Shown: positions 10,866 to 22,195, numbered from the stretch's first letter. The stretch: DNA of 64,000 nt from Thermodesulfobacteriota bacterium (GCA_965198945.1 CBDAQI010000012.1:32001-96000), one strand, 5' to 3'. The notes: generated by a model not told the origin, from the sequence alone. A program made the numbers and translations.

Positions 10866-11777
10866 ATGAAAAAGAAAGAAGTTCATGAAATAGTAAAAAC
10901 GTTTCCGCAAGCATCTTGAGTATGAAAGAAGCCTGTCTCCGAACACCGTACGCGCATATGTGAGTGATGTGGGGCAGTTCACGGATTTTTTGCTCAAGAA
11001 AAAAAATCAGGTCTTCATTCCGTGGATTTGAGACAGATAAACCGCTATGTGGCAAAGCGTTTTGAGTCTAATTCCAAAACTTCAACGGCCCGCAAGGTTG
11101 CCGCCGTCAGGACTTTTTTCAGGTTTCTTAACATTGAGAAAATAACGGAACAGAACCCAGCCGCAAGCGCCTCCGTGCCGAAAACGGGGCGCCCTCTTCC
11201 GTCTTTTCTTTCGGTGGATGAAATTGACGCCATTTTGAGAAAAGTGGAGACCGGGGAAGACACTCCGTTTTCTCTCAGAGACAAGGCGATGTTTGAACTC
11301 GCTTATTCTTCGGGACTCAGGGTGAGCGAGCTTGTTTCACTCAAAATTGACGATATTGATTTTGAACGGGGCGCGGTAAGGGTTTTCGGAAAGGGCGCCA
11401 AAGAGAGGATTGTTCCGTTCGGCTCAAAAGCCGCGGCCGCGCTTGGGAAATATGTGAAAGCAAGGGGGTCTCTCAAGCCGAAAACCGACAATGTTTTTGT
11501 CGGCTCAAAAAAAACCGGCATAACTTCAAGAAGCGTCTCAAGGATTTTGAAACATTACGCCGTCGCATCGGGAATAAGCAAGAACGTGTCGCCTCACACT
11601 TTAAGGCACAGTTTTGCCACCCACCTGCTCGCTTCAGACGGCGGCGCCCAAAAGGACAAACTCAGGGCAATACAGGCCATGCTCGGACATTCAAGTCTTT
11701 CTTCAACACAAAAATACACTCATGTATCCGTTGAACAGTTGATGGACGTGTATGACAATGCCCATCCGAGGTCTTAA
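10866..11777 (+). CDS. xerC: Tyrosine recombinase XerC, frameshifted in the 5' part
   Basis: LSPNTVRAYVSDV at the N-terminus; GLRVSEL, GKGAKER, HTLRHSFATH, LGHSSLSSTQKY; directly upstream of hslV. Confidence 0.88.
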
Positions 11778-12326
11778 ATGGCTGCTTCACAGACAGAAAC
11801 ATTTCACGGCACCACAATTCTCTGCGTAAGAAAAGACGGCTCAACCGCAATGGGGGGAGACGGGCAGGTTACTCTCGGAGATGTGTCGGTAAAGCATTCC
11901 GCCAATAAGATAAGAAAAATTCATTCGGGCGGTGTCTGTGTGGGGTTTGCGGGTTCAACAGCGGATGCGATAACACTTTTTGACAGATTTGAGTCAAAGA
12001 TTGAAGAATTCGGCGGAAATCTCAAACGTGCCGCCGTGGAGCTTGGAAAAGATTGGAGAACCGACAGAATTTTGCGCAGGCTGGAAGCTCTGCTCGCGGT
12101 TGCCGACAGGGAAAATATGTTTATAATATCTGGCGCGGGAGACATTCTTGAACCTGATGACGGAATAATCTCCATAGGTTCGGGAGGTTCTTACGCAAGA
12201 GCTGCGGCAAAGGCTCTTGTAGATTTCTCAGAGTTGAAAGCAGAAGAAATTGTCCGCAGTTCTCTTTTGATAACGTCCGAGATTTGCATATACACAAACG
12301 ATAAAATACGCATTGAAACTCTTTAA
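11778..12326 (+). CDS. hslV: ATP-dependent protease subunit HslV
   Basis: [31 protein letters not shown]. Confidence 0.97.
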   Translation: MAASQTETFHGTTILCVRKDGSTAMGGDGQVTLGDVSVKHSANKIRKIHSGGVCVGFAGSTADAITLFDRFESKIEEFGGNLKRAAVELGKDWRTDRILRRLEALLAVADRENMFIISGAGDILEPDDGIISIGSGGSYARAAAKALVDFSELKAEEIVRSSLLITSEICIYTNDKIRIETL

Positions 12327-12329
12327 ATA

Positions 12330-13700
12330 ATGGCAGACAACTCTTTTTTTACCCCGCGGGAAATAGTTTCCGAACTTGACAAATACATAATCGGTCAGCA
12401 CAAAGCCAAACGCTCCGTTTCAATTGCTTTGAGAAACAGATGGCGCCGTCAGAACGTGACCCCGGAGATGAGGGATGAAATTGTTCCGAAAAACATCCTG
12501 ATGATGGGCCCCACGGGTGTTGGCAAAACTGAAATAGCCCGGAGGCTTGCAAAACTTTCCCAAGCTCCGTTTGTTAAGGTTGAGGCGTCAAAGTTTACCG
12601 AAGTCGGCTACATGGGCAGGGATGTTGAGTCCATGGTGAGAGACATTACCGAGATATCAATCAAGATGGTCTCAGATGATGAGACGAAAAAAGTTATGGC
12701 AAAAGCCGAGGAAATCGCCGAGGAAAGAATGCTTGACCTGCTTTTGCCGCCGCCTTCAAAAACTCCGGCGGACGGTCCGGACGGTGAAAAGACTGCAGAG
12801 CCGCCTCCCCGCAAAGAGTCTGAGAAAAAAACCAAAGAAAAACTCAGAAAACTTCTGCGTCAGGGCAAACTGGATGACAAAACTGTTCAGCTGGAGGTTT
12901 CCACGGCGGCAATGCCTTTTCAGGTTCTGGGCGCTCAGGGAGTTGACGAAATAGACTTGAATCTGCCGGAAATGCTCGGAGGGCTTATGCCGAAGCAGAC
13001 GAAGACAAAAAAGGTGAACGTGCCGTCTGCGATGGAGATACTCGTCAGGGAGGAGTCACAAAAACTGGTTGATATGGAAAGGGTGGTCAAGCTCGCCATT
13101 GAAAAGGTTGAAAATACGGGGATCATTTTCATTGACGAAATAGACAAAATAGCCGGAGGCAAATCAAATTCCGGTCCCGACGTTTCAAGGGAGGGAGTTC
13201 AGAGGGATTTGCTTCCCATAATAGAGGGCTCAACAGTCAACACCAAGCATGGAATGGTGAAGACCGACCACATTATGTTTATCGGAGCCGGCGCTTTTCA
13301 TGTCTCAAAGCCGTCTGACCTTATACCGGAAATTCAGGGACGCTTTCCCGTGCGCGTTGAACTTGAGGCTTTGGGCAGAGAGGAGATGGTCAAAATACTT
13401 ACCGAGACGAAAAACGCGCTGACGAAACAGTATGCGGCGCTGCTTGAAACCGAAGGCATAACACTTGTTTTCAAAAAAGACGCAATTGAAGAGATTGCCG
13501 GAATTGCAATGGAAGTTAACAATTCAACTGAAAACATAGGAGCGAGAAGGCTGCACACAATACTTGAGACAATTCTGGATGACATATCTTTTCAGGCTCC
13601 AGATATGTCAAAGAGGAAAATTGAAATAAACGCCGCTTATGTGAAGGAAAAGGTTTCCGGGATTGCGGCGGACAAGGACCTGAGCAAATACATACTTTAG
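12330..13700 (+). CDS. hslU: ATP-dependent protease ATPase subunit HslU
   Basis: [50 protein letters not shown]. Confidence 0.98.
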   Translation: MADNSFFTPREIVSELDKYIIGQHKAKRSVSIALRNRWRRQNVTPEMRDEIVPKNILMMGPTGVGKTEIARRLAKLSQAPFVKVEASKFTEVGYMGRDVESMVRDITEISIKMVSDDETKKVMAKAEEIAEERMLDLLLPPPSKTPADGPDGEKTAEPPPRKESEKKTKEKLRKLLRQGKLDDKTVQLEVSTAAMPFQVLGAQGVDEIDLNLPEMLGGLMPKQTKTKKVNVPSAMEILVREESQKLVDMERVVKLAIEKVENTGIIFIDEIDKIAGGKSNSGPDVSREGVQRDLLPIIEGSTVNTKHGMVKTDHIMFIGAGAFHVSKPSDLIPEIQGRFPVRVELEALGREEMVKILTETKNALTKQYAALLETEGITLVFKKDAIEEIAGIAMEVNNSTENIGARRLHTILETILDDISFQAPDMSKRKIEINAAYVKEKVSGIAADKDLSKYIL

Positions 13701-13764
13701 AAAAACGTATCCCTTGCGGCGGTTCCGGGTTTTTACCGAACCGTCCTTTTCAGGTGTGGTAATA

Positions 13765-14634
13765 ATGGATAAAGCCAAAACCCTTGCCGAAGCGCTGCCT
13801 TACATAAAGCAGTTTCACGGCAAAAATGTCGTTGTTAAATACGGCGGAAGCATAGTCGGAAAAGATATTGCCGGTTTTGCAAAAGACATAGTGCTTATGA
13901 AGTTTGTCGGAATCAACCCGGTCGTGGTTCACGGCGGCGGCAGGCAGATAGAGCGGGAACTGAGCAGGCGCGGTATTGAGTCCAGATTTATAGCGGGGCT
14001 CAGGGTTACGGATAAAAAAACAATGAAAGCCGTTGAGAAAGTGCTCGGGAAAATAATCAACGGGCGCATAGTTTCGGAGATAGAAAAAAACGGGGCGAAA
14101 GCCGTCGGCATAACCGGAGCAGCAGGCAAAACAATTTCCGCCGCAAAGGCTGATATAGTGAAAATAGCCCGTGAAAACGGTTTGTCCGTTGAGCCGGGCG
14201 CAGATCTCGGAATGGTGGGAGACATAAGGAAGATACACACCGCGCTGATAAGACGCTGTGAAAAAGAGGGCGGCATACCCGTTATCGCCCCCATCGGGAC
14301 TGACGGCAAAGGCAACTCGTATAACATCAACGCGGACCATGCCGCGGGCAAGATTGCTTCTGCTCTGAAGGCTGAAAAACTTATAATGTTGACCGATGTG
14401 CCGGGCATAAAAGGCGGAAATGGGCGGCTAATATCTTCACTCGCTTTCAGGCGGGCTCAGAAACTTATAAGAGACGGAGTGATTTCCAAAGGTATGCGTC
14501 CCAAAACCAAATGCTGCATGGAAGCCATTTCCGAGGGAGTGGGCAAGGCGCACATAATAGACGGCCGTGTGGACCATGCACTTATACTTGAAATTTTTAC
14601 CAACGCCGGAATCGGAACCGAGATAAAGAAATGA
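13765..14634 (+). CDS. argB: Acetylglutamate kinase
   Basis: EALPYI, VKYGG, VVHGGG, GLRVTD, YNINAD, LEIFTNAGIGT. Confidence 0.96.
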   Translation: MDKAKTLAEALPYIKQFHGKNVVVKYGGSIVGKDIAGFAKDIVLMKFVGINPVVVHGGGRQIERELSRRGIESRFIAGLRVTDKKTMKAVEKVLGKIINGRIVSEIEKNGAKAVGITGAAGKTISAAKADIVKIARENGLSVEPGADLGMVGDIRKIHTALIRRCEKEGGIPVIAPIGTDGKGNSYNINADHAAGKIASALKAEKLIMLTDVPGIKGGNGRLISSLAFRRAQKLIRDGVISKGMRPKTKCCMEAISEGVGKAHIIDGRVDHALILEIFTNAGIGTEIKK

Positions 14635-15836
14635 GCCGCGAAGAAATAATTTCCGTAATTGACGCAAATACAATGAACACTTACGGCCGCTTCCAAATCG
14701 CGGTAAAAAAAGGTGACGGAGCGTGGCTGTGGGATACCAAAGGGAAAAAGTATCTGGACTTCACATCGGGAATAGCCGTAACAACACTCGGACATTCGCA
14801 CCCGGCTTTCATCAAAGCCGCGAGAAAACAGCTGGAGAGCATCGTCCATACATCAAACCTTTTCTACACAGAGCCTCAGGCGCGCCTTGCTTTTCTCTTA
14901 ACCGCAAATTCTTTTGCGGACAGGGTGTTTTTATGCAACAGCGGGACGGAGGCTTCCGAGGGTGCAATAAAACTGGCAAGAAAATGGGCGTCTGAAAACG
15001 GTCGTGAAAAAACAATAGTATGCGCGTCCGGGTCATTTCACGGCAGAACTCTGGGGGCGCTTTCCGCCACAAGCGGGCCCAAATACCGAAAAGGTTTTGA
15101 GCCTTTGCCGGAGGGGTTTGTTTTTGTTCCCTACGGTGATTCGCAAAAAATTTCAGAAGCGATTAGGGAGCACCGGGCCTGCGCTTTTATGGTTGAGCCG
15201 ATACAGGGAGAAAACGGAGTGGTTATTCCGCATGAAGGTTATTTGCCCGAAGCGCGAGGAATTTGTTCTGAAAACGGAGCTCTTCTTATTCTTGATGAAA
15301 TCCAGACGGGAATGGGAAGAACGGGAAAGATGTTCTGTTACGAACACTCAAACATAGAGCCGGATATTGCCGTGATTGCAAAGGGTCTTGGCGGCGGAGT
15401 GCCGTGCGGAGCCGTGCTGGCACGCGAGGATGCCGCAAGGCATTTTACTCGCGGCTCACACGGAAGCACTTTCGGCGGAGGACCGTTTGCTTGCGCGTGC
15501 GCCGTTTCGGTGATGGAGGAAATTTTCCGCTCTTCGCTGATGGAAAATGCGGAGCGGAGCGGTGACAGGCTGCTTTCAGGATTGAGGGGCGCCGAAATAG
15601 CGGGCTCCGCCGCGGTAAAAGAGGCCAGGGCAATGGGCTTGATTGCGGGACTTGAATTCAACCTACCCGAAGACGCGGAAAGGGTTGTGGAACTCTGTGC
15701 GGAGAAGGGTCTTCTCACAATTCTGACCGCCGGGCGTGTTATCAGAATGCTTCCTCCGCTTACCATAAAGTATGGGGAGGTGGATTTTGCCCTGTCCGTA
15801 ATTGAAGATTCCATTCGGGAGGTTTGCAGTCGGTGA
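14631..15836 (+). CDS. argD: Acetylornithine aminotransferase
   Basis: NSGTEA, SFHGRT, EPIQGE, DEIQTG, AKGLGGG; lies between argB and argF. Confidence 0.94.
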   Translation: MSREEIISVIDANTMNTYGRFQIAVKKGDGAWLWDTKGKKYLDFTSGIAVTTLGHSHPAFIKAARKQLESIVHTSNLFYTEPQARLAFLLTANSFADRVFLCNSGTEASEGAIKLARKWASENGREKTIVCASGSFHGRTLGALSATSGPKYRKGFEPLPEGFVFVPYGDSQKISEAIREHRACAFMVEPIQGENGVVIPHEGYLPEARGICSENGALLILDEIQTGMGRTGKMFCYEHSNIEPDIAVIAKGLGGGVPCGAVLAREDAARHFTRGSHGSTFGGGPFACACAVSVMEEIFRSSLMENAERSGDRLLSGLRGAEIAGSAAVKEARAMGLIAGLEFNLPEDAERVVELCAEKGLLTILTAGRVIRMLPPLTIKYGEVDFALSVIEDSIREVCSR

Positions 15837-16762
15837 AAAAAGATTTATTAAGTGTTTTTGATGTTTCAAGAACAGATATGGCGGGGATAATCTCCCGTTC
15901 TTTTGAACACAGGGAGATGCATAAAACGTCCGCCCTTGGCAAGTCGCTTGAGGGCAAAACGGTGGGAATTGTTTTTGAAAAACCGTCAACCCGCACAAGG
16001 GTTTCATTTGAAACCGCCGCCGCGCTGCTCGGCGCTCATCCGGTTTTCATTGATGCCGGCAGCACTCAGATAAACCGGGGGGAAACGTTGGAAGACACGG
16101 CGAGAGTCCTTTCTTCCTACCTTGATATCATAGTGCTGAGAACGCATGAGCAGGAGCGTCTTGAGAGTTTTGCCGCGAGTTCCTCGGTTCCGGTCATAAA
16201 CGCCTTGAGTGAGTTGGAGCACCCGACCCAGGCGCTTACGGACATATTTACGATTGCCTCTCAAGACATTGACATAGAGAGTTTCAAGCTTGCGTATTTG
16301 GGAGACGGTAACAATGTTGCAAACTCGCTGGTCGGAATTTCTTCAATTCTGGGATTTGACATAGCGGTCGCCTCACCGCCCGGTTGCGAGCCGGATGAGC
16401 AAATGCTTCAGAGAAGCGGGAAAAGTAACGGCAGGTCTGCGCACATCACAATTACGGACAGTCCCGTTGAAGCGGTTGAAGACGCGGATGTAATCTACAC
16501 CGATGTCTGGCTCAGCATGGGACAGGAGGGTGACGCAGACCGAATAATAAAAAATTTTGCCCCCTATCAGGTGAACCCGGAGCTTTTATCGCACGCTCCC
16601 TCCGATGCCGTCATAATGCACTGCCTTCCCGCACACAGAGGCGAAGAGATCACCGCCGAGGTTATGGACGGCGGCAGATTTATCGCTTTTGAGCAGGCTG
16701 AAAATAAACTACATGTAGCAAAAGCCGTGCTGGAGTTCTGTCTGGGCTGGAAAGGGGAATAG
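15824..16762 (+). CDS. argF: Ornithine carbamoyltransferase; start may be GTG at 15833
   Basis: FEKPSTRTR, HPTQ, GDGNN, WLSMG, HCLPAHRG. Confidence 0.96.
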   Translation: MQSVKKDLLSVFDVSRTDMAGIISRSFEHREMHKTSALGKSLEGKTVGIVFEKPSTRTRVSFETAAALLGAHPVFIDAGSTQINRGETLEDTARVLSSYLDIIVLRTHEQERLESFAASSSVPVINALSELEHPTQALTDIFTIASQDIDIESFKLAYLGDGNNVANSLVGISSILGFDIAVASPPGCEPDEQMLQRSGKSNGRSAHITITDSPVEAVEDADVIYTDVWLSMGQEGDADRIIKNFAPYQVNPELLSHAPSDAVIMHCLPAHRGEEITAEVMDGGRFIAFEQAENKLHVAKAVLEFCLGWKGE

Positions 16763-16777
16763 AGATGCGCCGGGTTG

Positions 16778-17338
16778 TTAAATTTTTGAAATCTTCGGCG
16801 GCGTAATTCCCTTCTGTTTCTGATACTTTCCCTTCTTGTCGGCATAGGATTTTTCACAGGCTTCGTCGCCTTCAAAAAACAGAACCTGTGCTATGCCCTC
16901 TCCGGCATATATTTTTGCGGGGAGCGGGGTTGTGTTTGAGATTTCAAGCGTTACGAATCCCTCCCATTCGGGCTCAAAAGGCGTTACATTCACTATTATT
17001 CCGCAACGCGCATATGTTGATTTGCCTACACACAGGGTCAGCACATTGCGCGGGATTCTGAAATATTCAACCGTTCTTGCAAGGGCAAAGGAATTCGGAG
17101 GAATTACGCAGTCTCCTTTAATTGACACAAACGATTTTTTATCAAAGTTTTTTGGGTCAACAAAAGTGCTGTGAATGTTTGTAAAGACCTGGAATTCACT
17201 GCTCACCCTTATGTCGTAACCATATGAGGAAAGCCCGTATGATATTTTGCCCTTGCTCACTTGTGATTTCACAAACGGCTCTATCATCCCGGACTCGCGA
17301 GCCATTTTTTTTATCCATCCGTCTGATTTTATTCCCAT
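16778..17338 (-). CDS. dcd: dCTP deaminase
   Basis: [29 protein letters not shown]. Confidence 0.96.
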   Translation of the reverse strand: MGIKSDGWIKKMARESGMIEPFVKSQVSKGKISYGLSSYGYDIRVSSEFQVFTNIHSTFVDPKNFDKKSFVSIKGDCVIPPNSFALARTVEYFRIPRNVLTLCVGKSTYARCGIIVNVTPFEPEWEGFVTLEISNTTPLPAKIYAGEGIAQVLFFEGDEACEKSYADKKGKYQKQKGITPPKISKI

Positions 17339-17365
17339 TGCTTCAACTCCTTAAAATTTAAGGCG

Positions 17366-18406
17366 TTATGAAAACTGTCTTAAAAATCTTAAGTCGTTTT
17401 CAAAAAAAAGTCTTATGTCGTCAATTCCGAATTTAAGCATTGCCATCCTTTCAATCCCCATACCAAAGGCAAAACCCGAACATTCATCGGGGTCGTATCC
17501 CACATTTTTGAACACCGCCGGGTCAACCATTCCGCAACCGAGAACCTCAATCCATCCGGTTTTTTTACATACCCTGCAACCTTTCCCGCGGCATATTACG
17601 CACTCTATGTCAACCTCGGCGCTCGGCTCGGTGAACGGGAAAAAACTGGGTCTGAACCTGACATTGGGCTCATCGTCAAAGTACATGTTTATGAAGAATG
17701 TTATAACCGATTTCAGGTTTGCAAAACTCACTTCACTGTCAACCATAAGCCCTTCAATCTGGTGAAACATCGGCGAATGGGAAACATCGCTGTCACACCT
17801 GTAAACTTTGCCCGGAACAATCACCCTCAGGGGAGGGGGCTGTTTTTCCATGACACGAATCTGAACGGGGGAGGTGTGGGTGCGCAGAACTATGTCGTCC
17901 GATATGTAGAAAGTGTCCTGCATGTCGCGCGCCGGGTGGTCTTTGGGAATGTTAAGAGCTTCAAAATTATAGTAGTCAAGCTCCACTTCGGGGCCGTCCA
18001 TTATTGTGAATCCCAGCCTCTCAAATATGCCGGAGATCTCCTTTATAACGATATTTACGGGATGAAAAGAGCCGGTCTCCGTCCCGCGTCTTCCGGGAAG
18101 AGTAACGTCTATTTTTTCCTCCGAGACCGATTTCTCAGAACTTATGCGCTTTATTTCAAGAATTTTCTTCCTTGCTGAACTCTCAATTTCGTCTCTGGAC
18201 TGGTTCAGGACGGTTCCCAGATTCCTTTTTTCTTCAATGGAAAGGTCTTTCAGAGACTTCATCATGGAAGTTACCGAGCCGTTTCTGCCCGTGTAGAGAG
18301 ATTTTATTTTATGTACCGAAGACTCATCCTTTGCGCGTGCGATCTCCTCTTGCGCCTTCCCGGTTTCCCGTCTGGCGCGTTCGGCTATTTTCGCGGTTTC
18401 ACTCAA
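17366..18406 (-). CDS. pheS: Phenylalanine--tRNA ligase alpha subunit
   Basis: HPARDMQDTF, LRTHTSPVQ, FPFTEPSAE, FAFGMGIER. Confidence 0.98.
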   Translation of the reverse strand: MSETAKIAERARRETGKAQEEIARAKDESSVHKIKSLYTGRNGSVTSMMKSLKDLSIEEKRNLGTVLNQSRDEIESSARKKILEIKRISSEKSVSEEKIDVTLPGRRGTETGSFHPVNIVIKEISGIFERLGFTIMDGPEVELDYYNFEALNIPKDHPARDMQDTFYISDDIVLRTHTSPVQIRVMEKQPPPLRVIVPGKVYRCDSDVSHSPMFHQIEGLMVDSEVSFANLKSVITFFINMYFDDEPNVRFRPSFFPFTEPSAEVDIECVICRGKGCRVCKKTGWIEVLGCGMVDPAVFKNVGYDPDECSGFAFGMGIERMAMLKFGIDDIRLFFENDLRFLRQFS

Positions 18407-19311
18407 CTGACGCCGCCTTTTTGTTTTCTCATTTTTACAACAAACCAGGCTGCGACAAAAATTGACGAATAGGTTCCCGCAACCACTCCGACAATAAGCG
18501 TGAAAGCGAAATTGTGTATGACCGAGCCGCCGAGAAGGAATAGCGGAATAAGAACTATGAATACGGTGATGGTGGTTAGCACGGTTCTTGAAAGAGTGCG
18601 CGTGATGCCTTTGTTTACTGCGCCGATGAAGTCGGAATTTTCTTCATCGGCGAGAGTTTCTCTTATACGGTCAAAGATGACTATTGTGTCGTTTACCGAA
18701 TAACCCACAACCATGAGGAGGGCGGCTATTATGGATAGGGTAATCTCTTTGTCCAGAAAAGCCATGAGTCCCATTGTTATGGTAACGTCGTGCAGAAGGG
18801 CGACAACAGCTCCGGTTGCATATCCGATTTCAAACCTTATTATCAGGTATAAAAGAATGGCCGTACAGCCGAGCATCAGCGAGACTACGGCTTTTTGAAT
18901 AAACTCCCGGCCGACATTCGGTCCTATGTAATCAATTCTCAAAATCTGCGCTTCCCGGAAACGAAGATCTTTTCCGGCGGATGAATGGAAAACGTTTTTG
19001 AATACATTGACTTTGTCCGATGAAAGTTTATCCGCGGGAAATTTAATGAGAAACTCGTTGTCTGACGCTATTCCAAATCTCTGAACCGAAACGGGCTCGT
19101 AACCGGAAGAATTGAGCATTTCAATCACATCCGTTTCGGTTGCTCCGGGGCCGACCGGAGGAACCTTTATATGAACCTCGGTTCCGCCCGTGAATTCAAC
19201 ACCGGGTCTGGGGCCTCCGTCCATAACAATTGCGGTGATGCAGGCGGTTATCAAAAGCACCGAGAAAACCGACGCTTTCCCGAACCATGATGTAAAATTG
19301 AAGACTTTCAT
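18403..19311 (-). CDS. secF: Protein translocase subunit SecF
   Basis: EFTGGT, IGPNVG, ALLHD, GYSVNDTIVIFDRIRE, GTYSSIF. Confidence 0.96.
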   Translation of the reverse strand: MKVFNFTSWFGKASVFSVLLITACITAIVMDGGPRPGVEFTGGTEVHIKVPPVGPGATETDVIEMLNSSGYEPVSVQRFGIASDNEFLIKFPADKLSSDKVNVFKNVFHSSAGKDLRFREAQILRIDYIGPNVGREFIQKAVVSLMLGCTAILLYLIIRFEIGYATGAVVALLHDVTITMGLMAFLDKEITLSIIAALLMVVGYSVNDTIVIFDRIRETLADEENSDFIGAVNKGITRTLSRTVLTTITVFIVLIPLFLLGGSVIHNFAFTLIVGVVAGTYSSIFVAAWFVVKMRKQKGGVS

Positions 19312-19328
19312 AATACGGTCCGCCACAC

Positions 19329-20921
19329 CTAAACGCCTGCTTTTTTCTCCCGCCAAATGACGCTTGAGATTAGACGCGCGATGATAAGATTGCTGAACAC
19401 CGTGCATACTATTCCGGCACAGAGGGTTGCGGCAAAACCTTTTATCGGGCCGTTGCCGAACCAGAACAGGACGAGCCCGGCGAGCAGCGTGGTAACATTT
19501 GCGTCCAGAATGGTTCTGACCGACCGCTTATATCCCATTTCAATGGCGTGGATGTGAGATTTCCCCGTTTTTATTTCTTCCCTGATTCTCTCAAATATGA
19601 TTATGTTGCCGTCAACCGCGATGCCGAGAGTCAGAATCATTCCGGCTATTCCCGGAAGTGTGAGCGTTACGCCGAACGCGGCAAGAAGCCCCGTTATCAG
19701 AAGCATGTTCAGCCCCAGAGCCAGATCCGCTACAATACCGTGTGTGCCGTAGTAAAAGGCCATAAATATAATTACCAGAACTCCTCCCACGAGCATTGAG
19801 AGTTTTCCTTTTTGTATGGAATCTTTTCCTAGCGAGGGTCCTATAAGCCTTTCCTGTTCAACAAAAACCGGAACGGGCAGAGCCCCGGAACGCAGAATAA
19901 GAGCCAGGTCTTTTGCTTCTGATTGAGTGAAAGTTCCCGTTATCTGGCCCTCAAAAGTTATACGGCTCTGAACCACCGGAGCCGATTCAACAACTCCGTC
20001 AAGAACTATCGCAAGACGGTTTCCTATGTTTTCTTCCGTAAGTTTGCCGAATTTTCCCGCTCCTTTGTTTGAGAAACTGAATGAGACCGAAGGGTTGCCG
20101 AAGCCGTCAAATGCGAGTCTCGCATCGGATATGTATTCCCCGGTGACTGAGCTTTTTGAGTCAGTCACGAAGAAGTTTTCATTTCCCCCTTCAAAAGAGG
20201 GGTGGATGGAGAGGTTTTTTTCTTCAAGCTCTTTGTCGGATTTGAGGCCAGCATCCGCGATCGCCTGCTCGCGGGAAAACCCCTGTCCGCGAACTATCTT
20301 GAATTCCAGAACGGCGGTCTTTTTGATTATGTCAACTATTCTGTCTCTGTCTTTTTCCGAGGCTCCGGGAACCTGTATGACAATCCTGTCATCTCCCAGC
20401 TTCGTTATTGACGGCTCTACGAGGCCGAAATCAAGAACGCGGTTTTCTATGACCCGCCTTACCTGTTCAATGGAGTCTTCCCTCATGAGTGATGTTTTAT
20501 ATTCACCCGGGAAAACCCTGACGGTCAGGTTTTTCTCATCGGCTTCAAGTGTCAATTCTTCAAACCTTTTCTCAAGAAACCTTCGGGCTTTAGCAAATGA
20601 TTCAGGGTTTGAAAACTCCATTGTGAGCGTAAGGTCTTCCACTCCCGCAGAGGTGACCGCATCAGCGCCTTCCTCAAATTCTTCTTTGACGGAATCCATT
20701 ATGTTTTCAAGCTGCCTGCTGACCCCCCGGTCAGTTTCAACTCCAAGCTGGATGAAAACCCCGCCTTTCAAATCAAGCCCCATGCGTATTCCCCGCGAGG
20801 GAAAAACCTTTGACCACCAACCCGGCAGGTCGCCCCCGGAAATGTTCGGAGCCAGAAAAATTAATGACAGAACAACGAAAAGAGCTACGGTGGCCAGTGA
20901 AAGTTTTGAAACCCGGCCCAA
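19329..20921 (-). CDS. secD: Protein translocase subunit SecD
   Basis: GLDLKGG, LRSGALP, IGPSLG, TLPGIAG, VDGNIIIFERIREE. Confidence 0.97.
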   Translation of the reverse strand: MGRVSKLSLATVALFVVLSLIFLAPNISGGDLPGWWSKVFPSRGIRMGLDLKGGVFIQLGVETDRGVSRQLENIMDSVKEEFEEGADAVTSAGVEDLTLTMEFSNPESFAKARRFLEKRFEELTLEADEKNLTVRVFPGEYKTSLMREDSIEQVRRVIENRVLDFGLVEPSITKLGDDRIVIQVPGASEKDRDRIVDIIKKTAVLEFKIVRGQGFSREQAIADAGLKSDKELEEKNLSIHPSFEGGNENFFVTDSKSSVTGEYISDARLAFDGFGNPSVSFSFSNKGAGKFGKLTEENIGNRLAIVLDGVVESAPVVQSRITFEGQITGTFTQSEAKDLALILRSGALPVPVFVEQERLIGPSLGKDSIQKGKLSMLVGGVLVIIFMAFYYGTHGIVADLALGLNMLLITGLLAAFGVTLTLPGIAGMILTLGIAVDGNIIIFERIREEIKTGKSHIHAIEMGYKRSVRTILDANVTTLLAGLVLFWFGNGPIKGFAATLCAGIVCTVFSNLIIARLISSVIWREKKAGV

Positions 20922-20923
20922 GC

Positions 20924-21295
20924 TCAGTTACCAGCCTTTTCTTCCACTTTTGAAGCGGCCGCGGACACCGATGCCTTCACCGTTACACCTTTTGCTATCT
21001 CAAGTCTGAGGGTGTCACCGTCTCTCTCGGTTATTGTGGCGTATATGCCGCCGCCTGTTATGATTTCATCTCCGCGTTTGAGATCTTTGAGCATGTTCTC
21101 ACGGCTGCGCGAGCGTTTCTGCTGCGGGCGTATAATCAAAAAATAGAAAAGCGCAAAAAGAAGCACAAAGGGGAGGAGCCCGGTAAACAGAGACTGTCCT
21201 CCGCCTTCACCGCTTTGGGCGGAAGCATCCGCCAGAGGTGTGAAAAGGGACAAAAAAGAGGCAAGTATAAAAATTCCGCCGTTAAAAATGTTCAA
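20924..21295 (-). CDS. yajC: Preprotein translocase subunit YajC
   Basis: FYFLIIRPQQKR and GDEIITGGGI; upstream of secD. Confidence 0.95.
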   Translation of the reverse strand: MNIFNGGIFILASFLSLFTPLADASAQSGEGGGQSLFTGLLPFVLLFALFYFLIIRPQQKRSRSRENMLKDLKRGDEIITGGGIYATITERDGDTLRLEIAKGVTVKASVSAAASKVEEKAGN

Positions 21296-21412
21296 ATCAG
21301 AAAGCCCTCCGAAGTTTTTAAGAGTTGTTTTTAAGTAAAAAATACCAGTCAGAGCAACTTTATAACCATTCCGACTTTTATTTTCAACACCGCCCTTTTG
21401 AATAATGGAATT

Positions 21413-22195
21413 TCACAGGCCGAGCACCTCCTTCATTCCGTATATCCCCGCGGGTTTTCCGTAAATCCATCTTGCGGCCCTGAGCGCCCCGGTGGCAAAT
21501 ATTTCTCTGTTGCGCGCCCTGTGTGAAAATTCAAGCCTTTCACCGTTGCCAAGGAAGAAAACCGTGTGGTCTCCGGGCATGTCACCCCCTCTGATGCTCT
21601 GTATGCCTATCTCGCTTTTCTTCCGCGGCGCCGTGTTTTCCCTTCTTGAATAAATCGCTGAGTTTTCAAGGGTCAGGTTTCTTGCTTCAGCCGCCGTGCG
21701 CGCAAGGGCGAGGGCGGTTCCGCTGGGTGAGTCAATTTTCGCCGAGTGGTGCGCTTCAAGAACCTCTATGTCAAAATCATCTCCCAGTTTTTTTGAAGCG
21801 AGCGAAACAATCCGTTCAAGCAGATTGACTCCGATGCTCATGTTCGGTGAGAGCACACAAGGGAAACTCTTCGCCGTTTCCGCAAGTTCGTTTTTTTCTT
21901 CCGTCGTAAATCCGGTTGTTCCGACCACAAGGGCTTTGCCCGTCTCCGCGCAGTAGCGCGCATGGCTGAGGGTGGCTTGCGGAGAAGTGAAATCCACAAT
22001 TACATCCGCCTTCTCTGATGCTTCTTCAATGCTGTCCGATATTTTTTTTCCACCGATCTTTCCGCCGATTCGGTCATGCCCTTTTCTTTCGTAAAGACCC
22101 GTGATTTCAATGTCCGGCGCCTTTGCGGTTTCCGAAATCACGGCTCCGCCCATGCGCCCCGCCGCCCCCGCTACGGATATTTTAATAATTTCCAT
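21413..22195 (-). CDS. dapB: 4-hydroxy-tetrahydrodipicolinate reductase
   Basis: GAAGRMG, VGTTG, EAHHSAKIDSPSGTA. Confidence 0.97.
   Translation of the reverse strand: MEIIKISVAGAAGRMGGAVISETAKAPDIEITGLYERKGHDRIGGKIGGKKISDSIEEASEKADVIVDFTSPQATLSHARYCAETGKALVVGTTGFTTEEKNELAETAKSFPCVLSPNMSIGVNLLERIVSLASKKLGDDFDIEVLEAHHSAKIDSPSGTALALARTAAEARNLTLENSAIYSRRENTAPRKKSEIGIQSIRGGDMPGDHTVFFLGNGERLEFSHRARNREIFATGALRAARWIYGKPAGIYGMKEVLGL

Noticed and set aside
6700..11025. Programmed frameshifting or a diversity-generating mechanism behind the broken genes
   Set aside because: The indels are numerous, lack a shared slippery motif and hit unrelated genes; no reverse transcriptase or template repeat was seen.
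10866..11777. Tyrosine recombinase as the integrase of a mobile element
   Set aside because: It is XerC-like and sits in the conserved xerC-hslVU context; no att sites or cargo genes were seen.
11778..11812. N-terminal extension before the catalytic Thr of HslV
   Set aside because: Short propeptides ending in HG-TT are common in HslV proteins.
20026..21009. Long antisense ORFs (also 30262-31122, 42777-43592, 45547-46554 and others)
   Set aside because: They are shadows of well-supported genes on the opposite strand and carry no recognisable motifs.
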